This document shows positions 54,036 through 64,000 of a stretch of DNA of 64,000 bases, one piece after another (the first letter of the stretch is position 1; each line of letters starts with the position of its first letter). The stretch is from Takakia lepidozioides. Lineage: Eukaryota; Plantae; Bryophyta. The stretch spans positions 1,426,001-1,490,000 of the forward strand of contig CM060731.1 of NCBI GenBank assembly GCA_030704615.1, read 5' to 3'. A model generated the notes under the pieces. The model was not told the origin of the DNA. It saw only the letters and a list, made by a program, of their open reading frames with translations, and did no database searches. Both the position numbers and the translations under genes were made by a program.

Positions 54036-54760
54036 TTACTCACACTCAAAATCGGAGTCCATGTCGAGATCCTCGTCAGGCACTTCGGGCTCCTCAAGAA
54101 GTCCCTCCGTGGATGGGGCAGAAGTAGTGCCCGACTCAAGCTGACGAAGCTCGCTTGAGAAGAGCTCCGTATCAGCCTCCATGCCGAAGAAGTGCCTTCC
54201 GGCGCTTTTGCACGCATGAAAAGATGCTCTTGCACGAACGAGAAATTAAAACAGGGCCTCCCTAAGCTCACTGCCCACATTTCAAACACAGTGTTCAGGG
54301 CCCCATATGTTCCCATAGACAAGTCAACCACTCGTCCACCGTGACGGCACCAAAGTCTGCATGAAAGCTGGGGATTTCTCCCGTGCACCTCTCCAAGGGA
54401 CACCAGTCGACCTTTTCGTAGTTTGACCCGAGTCCACGTAATTGAAGATTACATCATCCTCCACAGGCTCGCAGGCGGGGTCAATGTGAGCTGCAAGGTC
54501 CCTCAACTGGAACTCAGCAATACCAGGAGGAAGAGTGTCCTTACGCACCCTCACCAGGCACAAAGCTTCGAACACCCAAGTCTGTCAATAATCATGAAGA
54601 GAGCATGAGACAAAAGACAAAACCTACTTTTGACATTTACTGAAGAACCACGAAACTTTAATTCAAAGGAACCAACTCACTTTCTGCCCCGGGAACTCGC
54701 CCTTCATAAGAGGTAGAGTGTTGATGCATGTCCAAGTTTTGATGACACGAAACACGCGAA
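54036..54760 (-). pseudogene. C-terminal half of the same methyltransferase-like gene, inverted (exons ~54760-54681, 54581-~54309, ~54229-54036)
   Basis: It reads FRVIKTWTCINTLPL / TWVFEALCLVR / WRGAREKSPAFMQTLV (motif X-like) / [frameshift] GGRVVDLSMGT(G) (motif I, cf. GDxVLDPFxGSG) / ASFHACKSAGRHFFGMEAD (motif II, cf. AAxxxGRxxIGxExD), followed by an acidic tail and TAA at 54036. Confidence 0.7.
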
Positions 54761-55797
54761 AGCAGAAGAGAAGAGAAAGGAAAGACGTGTCCCTGCTTGG
54801 CCAAAGTCGGCAAAGGAAGCTGCTGCTTTGGAACAATCCAGAAAGGCAGCTGAGATGGCACAGAATACGGTAGATGCAACTGTGCAGGCTCAACAAAAGG
54901 GGTCGAAGAAGAGGACGCGCCAGCAAGAGAACATCTTGCCACATTACAGATCCAAGATATGTATACACAAGTACCTTGAGGTGATCCAAGACAAGCATTA
55001 TGCAAGGTAGGTAAGAACAGTCTGCCCTACAACACATTCAGGGAATGTTCACACAAGCAACTGGAAGGACCAGTCTGCAATTAATTACACTTCGGGCATG
55101 CCACCAAGTAAATTTCTTGGGCATGGCAAGCCATATTGCAGCTTCACATTTGGCCAAATGTAAGCACCCCAAAGCATGCATCGTGCAAGGCCTTCTGGGT
55201 AGGTAAGAACAGCCTGTCATTGTACAGATTCAAGACTTGTGTACACATGACACTTGCTGGCCCAGCCTGCAGTAAGTTAGACTCCAAACATGCAACCAAG
55301 TGATCACTTTGGGCATGACAAGACTGACTGCGACTTCATTCTACATCATGTACAGTTGCCCCATATATGCATCATGTAAGGCATTTTGGCATGGAAGAAA
55401 GGCATGCCCTGTCACAGCATCCAGATATGGACACACATACAATTTGAATGCCCAAGACCAAGCCCACTTGGCCAAGATAAATCATACAATGCAGGTGGCT
55501 GTTCATATGGCAAAATAATGTAACTAATCACTGGCGAGAGTCCTTTAGAGCTTACCATCACTGTTTAACAGGAGGCTAATGCCATGTTTTGCAAATAGCA
55601 CCTCACTATGCTCTATTCCACAACAAATCCAGGTCTGAAAACGGCCTGTCATTGCTTTATCAGGCTGTCTTCTTTTACAAAAACCAGACCTCCTCATCCT
55701 TAGAGCCTAACAGCCACTGATGCCTTTACCCTTACATCATCAATCCTCTTTTAAGGCCAAAAAAGGACCTAGTCTAAAAATCGAGGTTTACTATTTC

Positions 55798-55837
55798 ATG
55801 AGCCCATGAGCCCATGAGCCTATGAGCTCATGAGCGG
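55798..55837. repeat. 8-bp tandem repeat (ATGAGCCC)x5
   Basis: atgagccc atgagccc atgagcct atgagctc atgagcgg. Confidence 0.85.
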
Positions 55838-56293
55838 GCATCCGCGGAATTGGAATTTTTGTGTCTTTATTGACGGTGTTATGTCCTCATACCTTGATAA
55901 TAGGGTCTGTTTCTCCTGGTCCAGGATGCGGAATGAGGTATTTCGGCACCGTTATTCCACGTCACTACTGTAAAACATTGTGCAGGACAGGAAAGAGACA
56001 CAAAATTGTAGCCCTCACAAGCCATTCTGCTGACAAGGTAATATATTTAGGGTCAGACGACAGTTGAACTTGCAAACCCCATTCAACTCAACATCAAGCC
56101 CACATTGACATGACAGAAAATTGCCATAGACGCTCGAAATAAAAACATCAGACAACCACAAGTTTTTATTTTGTACAGCAACTACTCCGAGCTTCCATCA
56201 TCAGAAATACCACTGCAGCATAAGAAACCTGTGGAGCTACCATATCCCGGAGCATATGCCCTCCAATCACCCTCCACAATGATCCTTACCGCG

Positions 56294-56918
56294 CTATGCT
56301 GCTGCGTTGACATCCACAACACAAACCACTGAGTCGTCGAACCACAAGTCCAGAATTAGGAATGGTGCGGTAGTCGTCCACTGCGCATTGCCGTTTTCTG
56401 GATTAAGATGGCGAACATAAAGATACAAGATATCTATAGAGGTCACGTTTGTGAAAACATGTAGATATTGGAGGCCTCCTATTGGGACCTCCTCCACAGC
56501 GTCGTGAAATTCGCAAACATCCAGGACAAACCTGTTCCGATTCTCCCTCAGTGTCAACAATATATTCCCTGGCCCAGAAGAGTGAGTGAGCAACTCAAGA
56601 GCCCTATCCAGGACCAAATACTGTGGAGGTGCAGTATAGTTATGGTAGTAAGACCTCCAGAACTCGCCGCAGCAACATCTCATTATGAAGAGACGAACAC
56701 TCCGTCTTCCAGGTCTATCTCGCACAACAAGTATCCACTGTTGTCCACTGGCAGGCCACCCAAAGAGAATCCCACAGAAGTGCTCGGAAACTCGTCACCC
56801 TGCGTGTACCTTCACTGAAGTCCAACTCCACCATAATGTCTCCCATCACCGGCTTACGCAATCGCGATCCTCGAATCCCGCTCCGTCGAATGCAGAAGGC
56901 ATTTACACAGGGCGGCAT
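56294..56918 (-). other. Uncharacterised ORF pair downstream of the transposase; possible accessory gene
   Basis: Overlapping 67-aa and 143-aa ORFs have globular-looking composition and could be joined by one frameshift. No motif was recognised. Confidence 0.3.
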
Positions 56919-57074
56919 TGAGGAAGTGTGCGCCCACCGGGAATGGAGAGGGACAAGTAATCACTATTGTTTTTCAACATGGAGATGCAAACATTGAAAA
57001 CCCAATGCAGAACACCCTCTCACGTGATCTTCTCTGGGGCAACGGCAATACGTGCCCCCATTGGCCGGCAACGG

Positions 57075-60066
57075 CTATCCACACAGGCGATCGAAAATGA
57101 CTGGGGCTAGCGGCAACATGACGGGACCTCGAGGTGCTGTCCGAATGTTCCTGTCGGATCTCCAGGAATCCTCTTCGCACCCGGGTTCCTCTTCAATCCT
57201 CCGCCTCACAGGGCGAGTACGGACGTCCCCCTCTAGGTGTTCACCTCTGCGGTGCAGAGGCGTCCCTTTGAATTTCTTTTGCAATGTTGTCGCCCATTTC
57301 AGTGGATTCTTCGACCTCGAAGCTTTCGTACCAACAATTCCTCCCTGTCCGGCCTAAAGCCCCATTGTTTTCCGCTCAGGAACTTGTAGTACGTGGCTTG
57401 CTGCATGATTGCTCTGTCGATGTCCTCCGTTGTGGCCGTCACTACGTCCACCAGATGATTTCCCTCCGTGGAAAAAGTCATCTTCCACCTTGGGCTCTGA
57501 CACAAAGACTTACTGTAGCCGAGTTTTTAGGACAGAAGACGCTCGCCAGGAGGAGTGGACTGATTCTGCCATATTCGTGTTCGGCATGTCCGTGTTGGAA
57601 TCCAAGCACCGCTCCTACAAGGACAGAAACAATGGTGAGGGACCAATGCAAAGGTCCATAATAGAACGACAATTGCAAGAAAAGTCTGGCATCATACCTC
57701 CCGCATGTACTGTCCGAACTGTCGATACCGGAAATGCCACCACCCCAACCAGCTGTGCAAGGCTCCCAGATTGGTTGTCTCCACTGCACCTGACGTGTTC
57801 ACCAAGCCTCGATGATAGCAAACTTTACCTCCGCGTCATCAAATGTGGGTGCATCTTTCCACGCCGTACAAAGGACACGGTGTTCAGCCTGAAATGAGCT
57901 AGCAACAAATTTGGTAGTGTAAAGAGATCGACTTTGCATACAATGGAATCCACAAGATCTCTCTTTCCCCTCCATTGGAACATTGGGGTCCTCACCGTAC
58001 ACACGCCGCACCGCTGCCCAGTTGGCATGAGCGTTGTCTACCATGAATCCCCTGAAATTGGGCTCTGGCAAACCCGCCCTTGCCATCTGCTCGTTTATGT
58101 CCTCCCATAGATGCATCTCCGACTGTGTGTCCTCCCCTTTCATCTCGCAGATTGCAATTGTCATGAGCATCTTGGAGTGATAGTCATAAACATGCGCACC
58201 CATAGTCACCCACTGATGGTTTGTAATTTGCTTGATGTGATCAAACATCACCCAATCATTCGACAAGTTTCCAGTTGTCATGCGAGTGACCAAGTCAACT
58301 CCACTCCCAGGCTCACACGTCGACATTTTAAAAATGTAACAACGATCGGATTCGTTGCCTTGCCCTGGAAACCTGCTACCTTGGATGTGGTCATATCCAG
58401 TCATTCGTTTCACCTCCAGGATTGAGTGCATATCCGACCCCCGGCCGAACTCCTGCTTGCAAGATACAATGTGATTCCGCACATTCAGACTACAAACGTG
58501 CGAGACGGACTCCAACAGGTCAAGCATCTCCTCTTCGTTCAAGGGCATTCGATCTGAACCATCTTCAGACATGATTTTGCCAAGAGCAATCTTGTGGGCT
58601 GCCTTCAGCTGAATCTGCTTTGGTCTGGCTCCGGGGCTCAATTTCACCTCCTCTTTTATGATGTCGTGTGCTTCTTGCACAGCCTCCCGCATGTTGCCTC
58701 TCGCCAAGGGGTGGCAGTGGACCCCAACGTGTATGCAAGCTCTAGTCAAGTCCGGGAGCAAATGGATTACGTAATATTGCTTGGCTCTGCACATGGACAT
58801 GCACGTCGGTGGTTCTTTGCAATGTGCGCACTTGACAGTACCTGCAGGATCTTGGCTGGAGACAATGAATGGATGATGGGTTGTGCCAGTCCAATCCGTC
58901 TCATTTCTCTGCCCTCCTTTGGAGAAGAAGTGGAAGCAGGTGGGATTGAGGCACCTCAGCTTCCCCGCACAGAGGACGTATCGTACACGAACACCATCAG
59001 CAATTTTCGTGCTACTGGTCTTCGTCACACACCAGGGGTGGCCGTCATGCTTTCGATCCATGTCTGTTAACATCCCTGAGGCTTTGTTTGACAAAGTAAC
59101 AGGGGGAAACTCGCCATCGACTTCGGGAGGCAGATACGTTACCTTCCTGACTGGAAATTTGGCATAGTCGAGAGCAGCCAGCTCGGAGCGAGAACCATCG
59201 AGGTGATGTTGCCGTAGGAGCTGCACAATGGACCGGGTTGGAGTTATGTTCGAGGGTACATGCGTAGCACCTGCAGAGACGTCCATGTCGGATTTGAACG
59301 ACCGTGTGGAGGACATGGGGACCTCAATGCACTCATCTTCCTTGTCCGAAATGTCGAATACGTCCACACGAGAAGCTATGGAGGGTCTTGACGGTCCAGG
59401 TCGGGAATGATTATTGTTGCATATCTCTCTGTTGGCAGTGGCCGCCTGTCGGTTTCCGGATTCTTTTGTGGATGGTGTGGGCAGCGACTGATTCGGAAAG
59501 GGAATGGGCATTCCCACAGCTCGGTACAGGATGGTGTCTGATGGGGGTACGTGCCATTCGATTCCGCAACCTCCGTCGTTACCTAGCACAACAATGGTCT
59601 CGTCAACCTGTCCAGGAACATCCTTCCTTTCTTCTTCCAAATAAATTGTGCCCGGTTTGAGCTTGAATTTGGAACAAAGGTAAGTTTCAGTCACTCTGCA
59701 AAGTCCTCCCTCGTTTGGAATCCAGGCTCTCCCAAGTTGCGGAGGACAACAAACTATAGCGTAGGAATTCGGAGCCATCGAACACCGTACAAAGTTGGCA
59801 AGTGCGATGTTCACTATAGCGACAGATCAAGGCTCACAGGCACCATGTAAGTGGATATGCGGAGTCCATCGACGATTGGAGGTCGCACATTGAAGTGAAA
59901 AGTATTGTTTCAAGCTACATGAATGAAGGTAGGGAGCTGTGATTCCATATCCACTAAGTATGACAATGATGGCCGATTCGGTGACGAAATAACATCTCCT
60001 GACAGTTTCTCCTTCGGGTGGATCAACCAGTATTCGCGGTGCAGACATGAACGTTCGCACTGACAA
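57075..60066 (-). mobile_element. Mutator-superfamily-like DDE transposase with N-terminal GCM-like zinc domain; frameshifted
   Basis: The 671-aa ORF (59814-57799) is in frame with 60066-59827 across one TGA. The GCM-like region DGHPW..CAGKLRCLNPTC..CAHC..C..HVGVHCHP spans ~59046-58709. Catalytic candidates are MFDH (D1), FMVDNAHAN (D2) and CGFH (CxxH). After a 1-nt frameshift at ~57800 it reads WLGWWHFRYRQ, then an intron, then PNTNMAESVHSSW (E). Confidence 0.8.
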
Positions 60067-60173
60067 GTGCCAGGACTGTTAGTTAAAACGGTTAGACAAC
60101 CAAGTTGTGTTCATTAAGACAGCCCGCAATTGTGTTGTTTCGGAACAATGCAACCCATTACACATGGCTGAAT

Positions 60174-61950
60174 GGGAATGCGGTCCCGCATCCCAGTCCG
60201 ACATCATCCTCTCGTTGATTGTGATCGAAAATGCGGCACCGCATTTCCGTCAACAGGGAAACCAAAATACTAGTGCAACGGAAATGCGGTACCACATTTC
60301 AGTCATAGCGACAGCGCATTTTCATCGACTGGGACACTTTGGATAGGCAGGAACGGAAATGCGGTGCCGCATTTCCGTCCGGTCTCTTTCAATGGAATCC
60401 AGTGGACGGAAATGAGGTTCCGCATTTACGTCCGGTGTGCTACTTTCGATTGCTGTTGGACGGAAATACGGCGCCGAATTTCCGTTTTGCATCTTAGGCA
60501 TGCACCGGTGCGACGGAAATGCGGCACCGCATTTCCGTCCAACAAGTATGGTATGTGACAGTGGAACGGAAATGCGGTACCGCATTTCTGTTCTGATTCA
60601 AAATCATGAACCACTGGAACTGAAATGAGGCACCGCATTTCCGTCCGAGTCGCACCTTTCGACATTCCACAACGGAAATGCGGCGCCGCATTTCCGTTTT
60701 GTTTCTCAGGCATGGAGGTGTGGGATGGAAATGCGGCCCCGCATTTCCGTCCGGGGGAGACCTTCATACTCTCCAGAACGGAAATGCGGTACCGCCTGAT
60801 TGAAAATCGTGAACCACTGGAACTTAAATGCGGAACCGCATTTCCGTCCGGGGAAGACCTTCATACTCTCCAGAACGGAAATGCGGTACCGCATTTCCGT
60901 TCTGATTGAAAATTGTGAACCACTGGAACTGAAATGCGGCACCGCATTTTCGTCCGAGTCACACCTTCCGACATTCCACAACGGAAATGCGGCGCCGCAT
61001 TTCCGTTTTGTATCTCAGGCATGGAGCTGTAGGACGAAAATGCGGCAACGCATTTCCGTCCGAGAGAGACCTTCATACTCTCCAGAACGGAAATGCGGTA
61101 CCGCATTTCCGTTCTGATTGAAAATCGTGAACCACTGAAAGTGAAATGCGGAACCGCATTTCCGTCCGAGTCGAACCTTCCGACATGCCACAACGGAAAT
61201 GCGGTGCCGCATTTCCGTTTTGTATCTCAGGCCTGGAGCTGTGGGACGGAAATGCGGCACCGCATTTCCGTCCGGGTGAGATCTTCATACTCTCCAGAAC
61301 GGAAATGCGGTACCGCATTTTCGTTCAACAAGTAAGGTATGTGAAGGTGGAACGGAAATGCGGTACCGCATTTCCGTTTTGATTGAAAATCGTGAACCAC
61401 TGAAAATGAAATGCGGCACCGCGTTTCCGTCCGAGTCGAACCTTTCGACATTCCACAACGGAAATGCGTCGCCACATTTATGTTTTGTATCTCAGGCATG
61501 GAGATGTGGGACGGAAATGCGGCACCGCATTTCCGTCCGGGGGAGACCTTCATACTCTCCAAATCGGAAATGCGGTACCCCATTTCCGTTGTGACTGAAA
61601 ATTGTGAACCACTGGAACTGAAATGCGGCACCGAATTTCCGTCCGAGTCGCACCTTCCGACATTCCAGAACGGAAGTGCGGCGCCACATTTCCGTTTTGT
61701 ATGTCAGGCATGGAGCTATGGGACGGAAATGCGGCACTGCATTTCCGTCCGGGGGAAACTTGTATACTCTCCAGAACGGAAATGCGGTGCCACATTTCCG
61801 TCCAACAAGTACGGTATGTGTACCTTCGGGATGCTACTTAACGGAAATGCGGCGCCGCATTTCCGTTTTCACTCTAACTTATCAGACGCTGGGACGGAAA
61901 TGCCATGATATGTGAACACGTGGACCAATGGAATTGCGGCACCGCATTTA
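60174..61950. repeat. Palindrome array A: ~33 copies of ACGGAAATGCGG-NN-CCGCATTTCCGT at a 53-bp period, with a 212-bp (4-unit) higher-order repeat
   Basis: Copies start near 60352, 60405, 60459, 60512, 60565, 60618, 60671, 60724, 60777, then 60821 and every 53 bp to 61775, with degenerate copies at both edges. Five spacer types recur in the core. Confidence 0.95.
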
Positions 61951-62222
61951 CATGTCTGCACTTTATCTGTGTGAAGTGGCAGGAGGCGGCGCGGCCTGAC
62001 CGTTGGTTAATGATGTTTGTTTTTTGGACGGCAGGCGTACCCTTGATGATTCGAATTTCGTAGTGACGCATAGTCCACGAGGAGACACTTTCGTCCCAGC
62101 CTTTCGAACCCAAGTGGTGCATCACCGCCGTTTCATCTTCTTTTGTCGTGTCTACTCAGTCACCCCTCTCGCGCCCTTTACATCTACACTCTTTGCCCTT
62201 TTTCCCTGTCTCTGTTCTTCTT

Positions 62223-64000
62223 ATGCGCGAACCTGAGAGGGAGGGAGTTCGTGCACCAGAGAAAAGACACCGTCGCACGCTACGCAAATTGTACTTCGGA
62301 CGTAGGCCAATGCAGAAGGGGAGGAAGCAGATGCGTCTGCAAGAAGAGATTGTCATCTCGCAGCAGCAGACCACGCAGGCAACCCAACCACCAGTGAGAG
62401 CTCCGTGCTATCGGGGTGCGCACAGCTGATCGAGCACCGAAACCCCCCTCATTTTTCTTGTGCAATTCTTAGACTGTATGCTAGCAGACTTGAATGCAAA
62501 AGATGTTTGCATGTCTAACTGGAAAGGTGGAGGTGCTGGAGGGATTGCAGGAATCCGAAGAGCCGCAGGAAGAGTCCGTGGAGCTACCTGCAACACGCAC
62601 ACCCAGCCGATCCACGAGCACGGGTCTTCCTGCCGGGCCTAGCCCTGTGCGTTTGAAGGACGCGTTGTGGAAGGGCAAGTCTTTGCAGTTCAAAGCCCCA
62701 GAGAGCAACTCGCGTTCGAAGGTCATGGAGAATCGCCAGCAGGGGTCGGGCCCTTCTCCAACAAAGACCAAGAAGAAGCAGCCCGTCCTTCAACTGGTTT
62801 TTGAACCGGACCAGGCCGTTTCCCCCCCACCCAGACGAATGAAGCAGAAGGGTACAGGGCAGATTCAATTGCAGCAGACACCTTTACCTGCAAGAATGAG
62901 GAAGCACAAGGCAATCAGGGGGAGGGCGGAGCAGTCTCCCACAAAACCGATTCCACGAGCTGAAGCCCAGTTCCTGCTTGATTTCCAGCCTGGTGATGTT
63001 GGGGGCGTCTCTGCTGCAGTGAAGGCAATGGGATCGACCGATTTTGTCGATATGTTACCGGAGGAGGGTGCTGCCGCTCAACGTTCGCAGCAAGACCTGA
63101 CCACCATAGAGGAAGATCTTCAGAATACTGCAGGCCCGGAGGAGGCCTCTGCAATGGCAGAATTGCCCGCAAAGATTCCCCAGAGTGCAGCTCCAGTTGG
63201 GGATGCTCCAGCTGCTCAGCCCCTACCGCCACCTGCAGAAATGTCTCCGGAGGAATTCCAAAGTGCAGCGGATACAATGTTGGAGGAGACACACAGTAGC
63301 ATTGGTAGAGTTCTGGGCAGCAGGGTATTCCAGCTGACTCTTCGAATCCCACTCTGTCGCATGGTCTCCCTTCCCATCGTCAGGCAGGCACTTCCCGGAG
63401 ATGTGGATAAGCTCAAGTTCGCATTTCGAGAAGGGTACCGTCTAGGTTCGCCAACCTTCTACGTTTCCATTGAGAATGAGGACGGCGAAACTCGTGGACC
63501 CACTGCGGATGAATTGTCAGCATGGGATACCCACTGGCACACTCGCAACGACGAATTCGAGGCAACGTTGAAGGGTGATCGAGACTTCGGCCATATGTCG
63601 GGTAAAATGTTTCTTCTTGTGTGGGACGGGAATCACCGACTTCTTGCCTGGTGGGAATACATCAAGCAGAACCATGCCAAGCATATTGGCTGGCATTACA
63701 TGGTGGAGTGTGTCATCCTCAAGGTGAAGGCAGCAGACTCCTCCCTGCTCAAGAATGCCATGGCGGACCTCAACTCGTAAGATACTCATACCCTCCCAAG
63801 CACGTTCGAAATGCGGTGCCGCATTTCGGTTTCCAATCTGTTTTGTTTCCGTGCTTCCGTGGACTGAACTGGAGAGTGTGCCTTGCAAGGTCACTGAAAA
63901 TGCGTACGTGCATACCCACATGGCACATATGTTGTACAGGGTGAGGAAAACTGGTCTCACTGATCCGCACATGTTTGCGGAAATGCTGGAGCCCGAGCTC
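62223..64000 (+). CDS. Spliced gene with a disordered N-terminus and a ParB/Srx-like domain; runs off the window
   Basis: The 428-aa ORF 62494-63780 contains IPLCRM..IVRQAL..DVDKLKFAF.EGY..GSPTFYV and FLLVWDGNHRLLAW (cf. ParB/Srx xxDGxHRxxA). A splice donor GTAAGA is at 63777, and the frame is open again from ~63890-63940 to the window end. A possible first exon is 62223-62393. Confidence 0.65.

Noticed and set aside
53657-54403. 248-aa ORF as an independent gene
   Set aside because: Only the GGRVVDLSMGT stretch is in the meaningful frame. The rest is off-frame MTase sequence, intron and downstream DNA.
60107-61915. The many overlapping ORFs (NGNAAPHFR / RKCGTAFP / TEMRYRISV peptides)
   Set aside because: They are translation artefacts of the palindromic repeat and appear alike on both strands and in all frames.
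60174-61950. CRISPR array
   Set aside because: Spacers recur in a 4-unit cycle, the repeat centre varies, there are no cas genes, and the context is a eukaryotic transposon.
51378-64000. Bacterial or phage contamination explaining the ParB and MTase motifs
   Set aside because: Both genes have GT-AG introns, sit beside a eukaryotic-type transposase and are contiguous with plant genes. Long-read support should still be checked.

Overview
Eukaryotic, intron-rich DNA from a land plant, most likely a bryophyte or other non-seed plant (inferred from gene content and TE types). Three intact multi-exon genes lie in tandem on the minus strand: an ANP32-like LRR/acidic protein (15.9-18.3 kb), a KCA/KAC kinesin-14 (22.0-38.3 kb, with LINE insertions in its introns) and API5 (41.0-47.4 kb). 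The first ~15 kb is a nest of decayed TEs: a tRNA-derived SINE with a 12-bp TSD, a PIF/Harbinger remnant, a Ty3/Gypsy gag-protease remnant, a Helitron-like piece and a cyclophilin fragment. The most unusual part is 51.3-64 kb, a large Mutator-like transposon region. It contains (i) a GCM-like zinc-finger plus DDE transposase, (ii) a divergently oriented gene with a ParB/Srx-like WDGNHR domain, (iii) between them a ~1.8-kb array of ~33 palindromes (ACGGAAATGCGG-NN-CCGCATTTCCGT) at a 53-bp period whose half-site resembles the GCM binding motif, and (iv) a spliced, prokaryote-type beta-class N4/N6 DNA-methyltransferase-like gene broken by an internal inversion and preceded by a second, related palindrome array. 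All domain calls and exon boundaries were read by eye and need HMM, structure or RNA-seq confirmation.
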